From the NCBI GenBank assembly GCA_963778655.1, contig CAVZVA010000011.1, forward strand, positions 32,001 to 96,000: a stretch of DNA of 64,000 nt, written 5' to 3'. Of this stretch, positions 19,663 through 28,141 are shown piece after piece. Made by a program: the position numbers and the translations under genes. The notes under the pieces are model-generated. The model was not told the origin of the DNA. It did not search any database and saw nothing but the letters and a program-made list of their open reading frames with translations. This DNA comes from an uncultured delta proteobacterium. GTDB taxonomy: Bacteria; Myxococcota_A; Polyangia; Polyangiales; JAFGIB01. Position 1 is the stretch's first letter, and each line of letters starts with the position of its first letter.

Positions 19663-20312
19663 CGCCTCACCCTTCGGGGCCCGCCGGCGGGCGGCGGCGG
19701 CTCGGACAGCGCCGCCAGCGCCTGAGGCGAGTCCACATCGATCAACACGCCGTCGTCGGGCATCGGCACGCGCAGCACGCGCTCGGCGTTCGCCTGCAGC
19801 AGCACGCGGCCCCCCACGTCGCCGGTCAGCCGCCCGAGCACGGCGAAATCGCGCGCCGGCCACAGCACCGGATTGCCCCGCGCGCCATCATACTCGGGCA
19901 CACAGATCACGCCCCGCCCGCCACGCTCGAACGCCTCCACCAGCGCGCGCAGGTGGCTGGGCCGAACGAACGGCATGTCGCCGAGCAATACCACCACCGC
20001 GTCGAGCTCCGGGCCGAGCGCGCGCACGCCGGTGGCCAGGGAACCGCCCAGTCCCTGCGCGAAGTCGGGGTTGTGCAAGAGCACGACCGGCCGGTCACGC
20101 AGCAGCGCACAGATCGGCTCGCGGTCGTGCCCGGTCACCACGCAAACCGGATCGAGCCCCGCGTCGAGGGCGGCCTGCGCCGCGCGCAGGACCAACGGAA
20201 CGCCCGCGACCGTGGCCAGCAGCTTGTTATGGCCCATGCGCGTGGACCGGCCGGCGGCCAGCACCAGGCCCGCCACGCGCGGAGCCGCGGCAGCTCCCCC
20301 GTGTTCGATCAT
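19659..20312 (-). CDS. mocA: Molybdenum cofactor cytidylyltransferase-like nucleotidyltransferase
   Basis: LAAGRSTRMG-NKLL, LGDMP, GNPV, GDVGGR, DVD motifs; adjacent to Mo-hydroxylase genes. Confidence 0.82.
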   Translation of the reverse strand: MIEHGGAAAAPRVAGLVLAAGRSTRMGHNKLLATVAGVPLVLRAAQAALDAGLDPVCVVTGHDREPICALLRDRPVVLLHNPDFAQGLGGSLATGVRALGPELDAVVVLLGDMPFVRPSHLRALVEAFERGGRGVICVPEYDGARGNPVLWPARDFAVLGRLTGDVGGRVLLQANAERVLRVPMPDDGVLIDVDSPQALAALSEPPPPAGGPRRVRR

Positions 20313-20454
20313 CGCGGCCTCGCGCACTCGCCCATGGCGCTCATGCACGTACAGCGATGCCACGGGTGCGCGCCGCATACAAGGTCCAGGGCTGTGTGCC
20401 GGCCCTCATCTGGTATCCTGCTTGGGGCACGCCGCGCGCGGCGACCGCCGACCC

Positions 20455-22776
20455 ATGCAGCCCGAGCCCACCACCAAGCCGGTGCCGTTGCTCGCAGGGG
20501 CGCTGGTGCTCGCGCTCACCGCGTTCGCCTTCGCCCCGGGCACGACCGGAGGTCTCGTCTATGACGACGCATTCCTGATCGCGGGCAACCCTGAGATCCA
20601 GCAGCTCGGCAATCTCGGGCGCTCGCTCGCGCGGCCTTTCTGGGACCTCTCGGGCGCCGCCCATGGCAGCGCGCGCGGCCTCTATTACCGGCCCTGGGTC
20701 ACGCTCGCCTATACGCTGGAATACCACTTCTTCGGCGATCGGCCGCTCGGCTATCACCTGGTGAGCGTCGCCCTGCACCTGCTGATCGTAGCGCTGGCGT
20801 TCGCGTGGCTCGTCCGTCGCGTGGCGCCCGGAGGAGGCCCGGTGGCTGGCCTCGCAGCCGGCGTCGGCGCGGGGTTGTTCGCCTGGCACCCGACGCGCGT
20901 CGAGTCCGTGACTTGGGTTTCGGGTTGCACGGACCTGTGGATGGCGTTGTTCGTGCTGCTGGCGCTGAGCGCCTGGGACAAGCTGCGCCCGCGCCCGGGG
21001 GCCGCGCTGGCGACGTTGCTCCTGCTGCTGGGCTTCGCCAGCAAGGAAACCGCCGCGGCCGTGCCGGTGTGGCTCGCGCTCGACGCCTGGCTCCGCCATG
21101 AAGCGGGCGCGCAGCGCGCCGCGCGGCTGCGCGCGGCCGCGTTCGCGTGCGCGGCGATGGCGCTGGCGTTCACGCTGCGTTGCATCTTCGTGCCGCTGCC
21201 GATCGACGGCAGCGGGCTGCTGCCCGGCGAGCTCGTGCCGCGCGTGCTCGCGACGCTCGGCGAATTCACCCATGCGGTGGTCTGGCCCTGGCCGTCGAGC
21301 ATCGCACGAGCGCTGATCCACCATGCGCCTTCGGGCGCGGCCGTCTATCCGGCATCCAGCATTGCGCTCGGCGCGCTGGTGGCCGTGCTCGCGATCGCGG
21401 CGTGCGTGCTCGCGCGCCGGCGCCCCGCGTTGCGGCCGTGGCTGGCGGACGCCGCCCTCTTCTTCCTGCTGCTGGGCCCGGTGCTCAACGTGGTGCCGCT
21501 CAAGCTCAAGCCCCTGATCGCCGAGCGCTTCCTCTACCTGCCGCTGCTCGGGATCGCCGCGCTGGTCGCGCGGGCGGCCGCCAGCTGGTTGCGCGGCGGC
21601 GGCGAGCGAGCGCGGGTGCTGCCAGGACATCAGCTCGCAAGTCCGTTCCGGCCTTCCGAACCGATGATCCCTAGCTCCTTCTCATCCCGGGGGCGGCACG
21701 CGCCGCCCCCGCCCGCCGAGCAAAGCTCGCCGGGGCCCCCCCCCACGCGAGGCCGCTTCGCGGCTCACTCTCTCGACGGAACCAACTTCCGGGCCGTGCT
21801 GCTGGTCGCCGTCAGCACGCCCCTGCTGATGGCGGCCGCTGCCGCGACCGTGACCCGCAGCCAGGACTTCCTGGACGAGGCCACGCTGTGGGAGCACGAG
21901 GTCGCCGTGCACCCACACGAGGCGTTTCCGCTGCGCATGCTCGCCTATCAGCGCCTGCAGGTCCGCCGCTTGGACGAGGGTCTGTCGCTCGCGCTGCGCG
22001 GCTACGCGCTGGCGCAGGACGACCGGCCGATGCGCATCGCCCTGGCGCTGCTGGCGGCGCGCGCGCTGGCCGAAATGACCGGCGACGGCGACCGCCGGAC
22101 GCTACGCGCGCTGGCCGAGCTCTACGACGGACTGCCGGCGCTGCGCCCGGCGCGGCTCGAGACCGCGAACGTGCGGGTCGCGCTCACGCTCAAACAATCG
22201 GAGCTGCCGCTGCTCGAGGACTCGCGCGGATTCGTGATCCCGCGCGCGCTGGTACACGCGCGGCTCGGGCGCTTCACGCAGGCGCGCGCCAGCCTCCGCG
22301 CCTTCCTCGCGCGGCACCCCAGCGATCTCGACTGCTGGCACGCGCTGGCGCTGGTCGAGGTGCGCGCCGGCGACATGGCCGCGGCGCAGCGCGCGCTCGG
22401 CCAGGCCCTGGCGCGGGCGCCGGCCAACCCGCTGTTGCGCTCGCTTCAGGTGCGCATGACCAATGCGCTGGCCTTGCTCGCTCATCGCGACGCCGATCCG
22501 GTGCGGCGCGCGCTGGCCCAGGCGCAGGCCTATCTAATGCTCTCGGCGCCGGGCCTCGCCGCCGCGGTGCTCGATCGCGCGCTCGCGGACGATCCGGCCT
22601 CGCCCGTGCTGGTGTCGATGCGCGCCAAGGTCGAGGCCATCGACGGCGACTTCGCCGGCGCGCGCGCGCGCATCGCGGCTGCGCGCTCCCGGCTGCCCCA
22701 GGCCGGCCCGCTGTGGTCGGCCACACTGGAGGAGATCGCGGCCGCCGAGGCGCAGCGTCACCCCGACCCGCGCTAG
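20455..22776 (+). CDS. TMTC-like membrane glycosyltransferase with C-terminal TPR-like repeats
   Basis: VYDD, YYRP, GYHLVSVALH, LFAWHP..VESVTWVS, SKE, AERFLYLP motifs followed by helical repeats; ATG at 20455. Confidence 0.8.
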   Translation: MQPEPTTKPVPLLAGALVLALTAFAFAPGTTGGLVYDDAFLIAGNPEIQQLGNLGRSLARPFWDLSGAAHGSARGLYYRPWVTLAYTLEYHFFGDRPLGYHLVSVALHLLIVALAFAWLVRRVAPGGGPVAGLAAGVGAGLFAWHPTRVESVTWVSGCTDLWMALFVLLALSAWDKLRPRPGAALATLLLLLGFASKETAAAVPVWLALDAWLRHEAGAQRAARLRAAAFACAAMALAFTLRCIFVPLPIDGSGLLPGELVPRVLATLGEFTHAVVWPWPSSIARALIHHAPSGAAVYPASSIALGALVAVLAIAACVLARRRPALRPWLADAALFFLLLGPVLNVVPLKLKPLIAERFLYLPLLGIAALVARAAASWLRGGGERARVLPGHQLASPFRPSEPMIPSSFSSRGRHAPPPPAEQSSPGPPPTRGRFAAHSLDGTNFRAVLLVAVSTPLLMAAAAATVTRSQDFLDEATLWEHEVAVHPHEAFPLRMLAYQRLQVRRLDEGLSLALRGYALAQDDRPMRIALALLAARALAEMTGDGDRRTLRALAELYDGLPALRPARLETANVRVALTLKQSELPLLEDSRGFVIPRALVHARLGRFTQARASLRAFLARHPSDLDCWHALALVEVRAGDMAAAQRALGQALARAPANPLLRSLQVRMTNALALLAHRDADPVRRALAQAQAYLMLSAPGLAAAVLDRALADDPASPVLVSMRAKVEAIDGDFAGARARIAAARSRLPQAGPLWSATLEEIAAAEAQRHPDPR
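21688..21772 (+). repeat. Palindromic coding element family P, copy 3 (inside an in-frame insertion in the TMTC-like protein)
   Basis: CGGGGGCGGC-ACGC-GCCGCCCCCG, CCCGCCGAGC-AAA-GCTCGCCGGG, GCCCCCCCCCACGCGAG, GCCGC-TTC-GCGGC; translates to GRHAPP..SS.GP.PTR, as in KdpB. Confidence 0.8.
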
Positions 22777-23108
22777 CGCACCGAACACATTGAAGCGTGT
22801 GCGAAGTCGCTGTGATGCGGGAATGCAGGGTGCGGGCAGGAGCCCGCAGGCGTAGTGAACCCTAGCAGGCTGCGGAAGAACTCCGAGGGAGCGCATCTCG
22901 AGTGAGGTGGGGCCGGATGCAAGGCGCGAGACCGATGGAATACTCGCCGTATTTCGAGGGCTCGCAACGCCGCAGCCGGGCCCAGATCGCTCGAAAGGCG
23001 CCTCGAGCGGGTTCTTCCGCAGCCTGCTAGGTCAAGCGGGAAGCGCGCGTGCCATGCGCCCGCGAGGGCCCCGAAATCGTGCGTGTTTCAATCTGTTCGG
23101 TGCTCTAG
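22773..23108. mobile_element. MITE family A, copy 1, interrupted by a nested MITE B
   Basis: TIRs CTAGCGCACCGAACACATTGAA / TTCAATCTGTTCGGTGCTCTAG; flanks align with 29260-29431 and 59678-59848. Confidence 0.85.
22862..23030. mobile_element. MITE family B nested within MITE A
   Basis: Perfect 20-bp TIR CTAGCAGGCTGCGGAAGAAC / GTTCTTCCGCAGCCTGCTAG; 169 bp; absent from the other two family A copies. Confidence 0.85.
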
Positions 23109-23122
23109 GTGGTCCGAACCAG

Positions 23123-25273
23123 TTAGGCCAGCCAGCAGTGACTGCTGAGCTCCTGCGTCATGCCCGCGAGCGATGGGTAGCAATAGTCGCCCAGCAGGCT
23201 CGCCAGGCACGCGCGCACGTCTTCGGGCAGGACACCGCCATCGGCCGCCGTGATCGCGCTGGGCTTTCCCTGGGCGTCGAACTGGATGCTCACGGAAGCG
23301 CAGAGCACATAGTGGCAGCTCGCCACCTGCTGCGAGTCGGGCAGGGCGGCGCCCGGCGCACAACCGCCGGCGGCGCCGTCGCCCGGCCCGGAGCCCGCCC
23401 CGCCGCCCGCGTCGGACGCGCGCGCGTCGGACGCACGCGCATCGCGGGGAGCCGCATCGTGCGCCGCCGCATCGGCGCCGTGCCCGGTCGTGCTGCTGTC
23501 TGCACCAGCGGCACCATCGAAAGCGCCGGCTGCCGCGTCCAGCCCGCCGCTCACCACGGCCGCGTCGCCGCCGGCCGCGCGATCGGGCAGTCCTTCGCTG
23601 CAGCCGGCCAGCGACATCGACAGCGCGAGCGCGCCCAGCAGCTTGCCGCGCGCGTGCGCGCGCACCGGCCGCCGCTGCAACGCCGAGACCAGCGCTTCGA
23701 GCTCGGCGAGCGCGGCGTCGCAGTCCGCGAGCAGCGCGCGGTCGTGCGCGGTCACGCGGGGGCGCTCGCGCGCGATCAGCGCGTCGACCTGCTGCGCGCC
23801 CTGCCCCGCCGCCGCGGCGGCCTCGCGCAGCAACCGAACCTGGTCGCGATTCCACGCCGCCGCGACGCGCGCATAGCGCTCCGCGAACCCGCCCAGCGCG
23901 GCGCCCGGCAGCAGGCGCCGGACGATGCCCAGGTTGTAGCCGAGGTCGTAGAGCCCGATCGGCACCGAGCGCTCGGCCAGGCGCGTGGGTAGCGCGGTCA
24001 CCACCCGCCCCACCAGCTCGGTGCGATGGTCGACGAAGCGGTAGTGCTGCAGCAACAGACCGCCCTCGAGCAAGCCCAGGCGCTCGGCGCGCGCAAAGTG
24101 ACGCGTGCCGGGGCGCGCCTCGATCGGCAGCAGGTGCACCGGAGCGTGCTGGATGCGGGCCAGGCCTTCGATCTCGGCCAGCACCGACTCGAACCGGATG
24201 GTCGGTCCGATCAGCAAGGCATTGGCGACGGCGAATACGCCACGCTCCCACAACAACGCGAGCGCTCGCGCGCCTGCAGCCGCCTCGGCACGGCGGCCGA
24301 GCGCCCGCAGCTGGGGTGCGGAGTAGCCATCGATCCCGACGTAGGCGCGTGCCAGGCCCAGCTCGACCAGCGCGTCCGCACTGTGCGGGCTGAGCGCGTC
24401 GGCCCGGAGCTGCAGCGAAAACGCGATCGGTCCGACTGCGCGCGCGCGCAGCGCTTGCCGCAGCTGCGACGCCCAGTCTGCCGCTTCGCCGGGCTCGAGC
24501 GGAAGCAGGTTGTCGTCCATGAAGTTGAAGACGCGCGCGCGACGCTCGTGGTACAGTGTGGCGATCCAATCGGCGATGCTGGACACGCCCATGCGCGAGT
24601 GAGGCGCGCCCGACAGCTCGGCCCGCCGCTGCTCGCGGCTCGCAAGCTTGGTCGCGCCGGCCACGCAGCAGTAAGCGCAGCTCGCCTCGCAGCCCTGGCT
24701 CACGATCAGGTCGACCGCGCCAAAGCCCAGGTGTAGCGGTGCGTCGCCGCCGCGCTCGAGCACGGCGTCGAGCGGGCCGGGCACGCGAATGCGCGCGGGC
24801 GCGCCGATTCGGATCGCGCCGTCCGCCGCGCGGAAGACCGTTCCGGGCAGCTGCGCGAGCGCGTCGTCGTCGAGCGGCTGGCGGAGCATGCCGCACAGCG
24901 CCTCCTCCCCCGCAAAGCGCACCACCGCGTCGAGCGCCGGATTGATCCGCAGCAGCTCCTGCGCCTGGAGCGTGGCGAAGTGGCCGCCGCACACGATGCG
25001 GCCGGAGAAACCGCGTGCCCGCAGCAACTTGACCAGCGCCATCGTCGCCAGCGCGGCCTCGCTGGTCTGAAGCGAGACGCCGCACACCCTCGGGCGCAGC
25101 GCGAGCAGCGTCGCGAGTGTGCGCTCCATGCCGCCCCAGCCCGAAAACGGGACGACCCGGGCGCTGGCGCCGGCGCGGCGCGCGGCGCCGAGCAACGCGC
25201 CGAGCGAGTGGTTCTGCACCCCATCGAGCACGACACCGATCAAGGCCAGATCCACGTCCATGGTTGCCTCCAC
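23123..25273 (-). CDS. Cobalamin-binding radical SAM protein fused to a C-terminal lipoprotein-like module
   Basis: B12-binding domain (GVSLQ, IVCGGHFAT, VVRFAGE), CEASCAYC (CxxxCxxC), FMDDN, YVGID; then GKLLGALALSMSLAGC, an Asp/Ala/Gly linker and a Cys-containing domain. Confidence 0.85.
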   Translation of the reverse strand: MEATMDVDLALIGVVLDGVQNHSLGALLGAARRAGASARVVPFSGWGGMERTLATLLALRPRVCGVSLQTSEAALATMALVKLLRARGFSGRIVCGGHFATLQAQELLRINPALDAVVRFAGEEALCGMLRQPLDDDALAQLPGTVFRAADGAIRIGAPARIRVPGPLDAVLERGGDAPLHLGFGAVDLIVSQGCEASCAYCCVAGATKLASREQRRAELSGAPHSRMGVSSIADWIATLYHERRARVFNFMDDNLLPLEPGEAADWASQLRQALRARAVGPIAFSLQLRADALSPHSADALVELGLARAYVGIDGYSAPQLRALGRRAEAAAGARALALLWERGVFAVANALLIGPTIRFESVLAEIEGLARIQHAPVHLLPIEARPGTRHFARAERLGLLEGGLLLQHYRFVDHRTELVGRVVTALPTRLAERSVPIGLYDLGYNLGIVRRLLPGAALGGFAERYARVAAAWNRDQVRLLREAAAAAGQGAQQVDALIARERPRVTAHDRALLADCDAALAELEALVSALQRRPVRAHARGKLLGALALSMSLAGCSEGLPDRAAGGDAAVVSGGLDAAAGAFDGAAGADSSTTGHGADAAAHDAAPRDARASDARASDAGGGAGSGPGDGAAGGCAPGAALPDSQQVASCHYVLCASVSIQFDAQGKPSAITAADGGVLPEDVRACLASLLGDYCYPSLAGMTQELSSHCWLA

Positions 25274-25469
25274 GTGCCGAGCCGACGCGATGAGTAGCCG
25301 CTGAGGATCGCTTTTTTCGGTTTGCCGCGCCAGTGCGTCCTCGCAAAGGAACGGACGCCGCAGCGGTGCCCGGCTCTTGCCTCCGGCCGCCGAAGCGACT
25401 TCACTGCGGTAGCATCACCGTCCGGCCGCGACCCGCCAGGCCCGCGGCAGGCCCAGGGAGCGACACACC

Positions 25470-26078
25470 ATGCTGCAGATCCACTACCATCCCATATCGA
25501 CCTACTCGCGCCGCGTACGCATCGCCCTGCTCGAAAAGGACGTTCAGGCCGAGCTGATCGAGGTCGAGATGATCAAGGGCGCTCACCGGCAGCCCCCCTA
25601 CCTCGCGCTGCACCCATATGGCCGGGTGCCGACGCTGGTCGACGGTGACTTCGTGCTGCCCGAGTCGACCCCGATCCTCGAATACCTGGAAGCCGTCCAT
25701 CCGCAGCCGCCGCTGGTGCCCGGCGATCCCAAGGGACGGGCGCTGTGCGCGCTGCACATGAAGCTGTGCGATCTGCAATTTGCGCCTCACGTCGGAACCA
25801 TCATCTTTGCCAAGCGCTTCTTGCCCAAGGAGCGCTGGCGCGAAGACGACATGGCCAAGGCCAAGAAGGAGATCGAGAAGCACCTGCCGATCCTCGACCG
25901 CGAGCTCGAAGGCAAGACCTGGCTGGTGGGCGAGCGCTTCTCACTGGCCGAGGTGTGCTACGCGCCGTTCCTGCACTTCCTGCCGCTGACGGAGGTGACG
26001 CCGCCGCCGAACGTGGCGAGCTGGCGCGAGCGCGTGCTGGCGCGGCCGAGCGTGCAGGCCACCGTGCCCGCGATGTGA
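25470..26078 (+). CDS. Glutathione S-transferase family protein
   Basis: STYSRRVRIAL, HPYGRVPTL, ESTPILEYLE, WLVGERFSLAE, RPSVQ. Confidence 0.92.
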   Translation: MLQIHYHPISTYSRRVRIALLEKDVQAELIEVEMIKGAHRQPPYLALHPYGRVPTLVDGDFVLPESTPILEYLEAVHPQPPLVPGDPKGRALCALHMKLCDLQFAPHVGTIIFAKRFLPKERWREDDMAKAKKEIEKHLPILDRELEGKTWLVGERFSLAEVCYAPFLHFLPLTEVTPPPNVASWRERVLARPSVQATVPAM

Positions 26079-26179
26079 CGGGCGACCCGCGGGCAGCGCC
26101 ACGAGCACCGGCCGCATATCCGGGCGCGACGCCGGCGTCAGCCGCTCTCGAGCAAGCCCAGCGCCCGCCACAGGCGAGC

Positions 26180-26386
26180 ATGGCGGCGGGCGAACATGCC
26201 GTGCTGCGCGCACAATTGCCGCACTGGAAGGACCTGGCCTACCATTACGCCGGCACCACGGACGACCCACTCGAGCAGGTCGCGGCTCGTCTCGGCTTCA
26301 GCGAGCCGAGCACCTTCTACCGCGCGTTCAGGCGCTGGGCCGGCACCACTCCGGCGCTCTACCGCGCCAAGCGCAAGGAGCGCTGA
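26180..26386 (+). pseudogene. AraC-family regulator remnant (C-terminal HTH only)
   Basis: DLAYHY...LEQVAARLGFSEPSTFYRAFRRWAGTTPALYR; no N-terminal domain or first HTH in the space available. Confidence 0.7.
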
Positions 26387-26441
26387 CACCGGCCGGTGCC
26401 CGCGCGGCTGCGCCCAGGAAGCGCCGGAGCCCCTGCGCCGG

Positions 26442-26466
26442 ATATAGTTTGTCTTACCAACTATAT
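26442..26466. promoter_or_regulatory. Operator-like inverted repeat ATATAGTT-N9-AACTATAT
   Basis: Perfect 8-bp AT-rich arms 60 nt upstream of the esterase start. Confidence 0.55.
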
Positions 26467-26525
26467 GTGCTAGAGCCAGACTGGTCACTGCCCGGTCTCG
26501 AAATCGCCGTGGTCGGTATGGAGGT

Positions 26526-27713
26526 GTGACGATGTCGATCGCGAGATCCATTCCTGGCCAGATCGCGCTGCTCGGCCTGTGTTGCGCCGCAGCCTGCGCC
26601 ACGAAGCCCAAGTCCGCTCCGAACACCGGCATGACGTCGAACAACCCGGCAACCACGGCAAACCCGGGCGCGACTGCAGGTAGCGGCGGCGGCCCTGCGG
26701 CCGGAGCCGCAGCCGTGGGCGGCGGCAACACCGGAGGTGCCGGCGGAACGGGCGCGACCGTGGGAAGCACCGGGGGCTCGGGCGCCGCCGGCGCCCCTGC
26801 CGGCGCAGGCGGTGCGCGCATGGCTGCGGGCGGCGCGACAGGCGCAGCGGGTGCCGCCGATATGCCGGGCACCGGCGGCACGGGCAGCGGCACCGGTGGC
26901 TCGACCGAGGTCCCGCAAACCTGCCCCGCGACCGCGTTGAGCCCCGGCGACAGCATGGGCTCGGTGCAGGTTGGCGGCACGACGCGTAGCTACATTCTCC
27001 ACGTGCCCGCGAGCTACACCGGCCAGACGCCGGTGCCGCTAGTGACGGACTGGCACCCGATCTTGTTCGACGACGCCTTCGAGCAAAGCATCTCGGGCTA
27101 TCAGCAGAAGTCGGACAAGGAAGGCTTCATCGTCGTCTTCCCGAACGGAATCGACAACGCCTGGAACATCGGAGACTGCTGCACCACCTCGCGCACGGTC
27201 GACGACGTCGGCTTCGCGCGGGCGCTGGTCGCCCAACTCGAGCAACAAGCGTGCATCGACCCGAAGCGCGTCTATGCGGTCGGCTATTCGATGGGCGGCG
27301 GCATGTCGTACAAGCTCGCGTGCGACGCCGGCGACCTGATCGCGGCGATCGCGCCCGCCGCGTTCCAGCTGATGCAGGACAGCGAATGGCCTTGCCGGCC
27401 CTCACGCCCGATTACCGTGATTTCGACCAATGGCACCGCGGATCCCGTAGTGCCGTACGCCGGCGGCGACGTGAACCCGCCCAACGGCCTGGCGGTCACC
27501 AATCACTTCCTCGGCGCGGTCGCAACGCTCCAGAGATGGGCGGAGCTGGACGGCTGCACCGACATGCCCGTGGACAAAGGCGGAGGCTGCCAGACCTACA
27601 GCCAGTGTAACGGCGGGGTGGAAGTGACGCTATGCACGGTCCAGGGAGGAGGCCACACTCCCGCCGACCCCGAGGTCACCTGGGCAACGCTCAAGCGTTT
27701 CACGTTGCCCTGA
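26526..27713 (+). CDS. Lipoprotein esterase, PHB-depolymerase/LpqC/CE1-like alpha/beta hydrolase
   Basis: GGAGG RBS, lipobox-like AAAC, Gly-rich linker, RSYILHVP, DDVGF, GYSMGG nucleophile elbow, GTADP, GGGH. Confidence 0.85.
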   Translation: MTMSIARSIPGQIALLGLCCAAACATKPKSAPNTGMTSNNPATTANPGATAGSGGGPAAGAAAVGGGNTGGAGGTGATVGSTGGSGAAGAPAGAGGARMAAGGATGAAGAADMPGTGGTGSGTGGSTEVPQTCPATALSPGDSMGSVQVGGTTRSYILHVPASYTGQTPVPLVTDWHPILFDDAFEQSISGYQQKSDKEGFIVVFPNGIDNAWNIGDCCTTSRTVDDVGFARALVAQLEQQACIDPKRVYAVGYSMGGGMSYKLACDAGDLIAAIAPAAFQLMQDSEWPCRPSRPITVISTNGTADPVVPYAGGDVNPPNGLAVTNHFLGAVATLQRWAELDGCTDMPVDKGGGCQTYSQCNGGVEVTLCTVQGGGHTPADPEVTWATLKRFTLP

Positions 27714-28141
27714 CCTTCGGGCCGCTGCTGCAGCTCCGACCGGTCATTGCCGGAGGCCGCCCGGTGTTCTGGGCGTGGATCTCGTGCTGAGCAGTGATCA
27801 CGTCACGAATGCCGCAACGGTCTTCGGCGAGGGCAACGGCGCGCCGCAAAGGCTGGCGTGGCGCCCCCTGCAACCGGGCCGTCCGACGCTTTTCGGCGCC
27901 CCGGCGCCTTCTCCAACAGAAATCGCGCCGCGCCGCCACTACCAAGCTCGAGGCCTTCCGCCTCGCTGGATCAAAGGCCCGCATCATTCCGGGATCGCGA
28001 GCGTGAGGGCCGCGCCCGGTGGTGCTCGACCCGGCTCTTGGTCCCGGCATCTACGAGCGTGTTTCACACGTAGCGGGGGCAGGTAGCTCACCATCACCTT
28101 CTGCCCGGGGGCTGAACACCGAGCAATCCGGAGGCGAAGCC

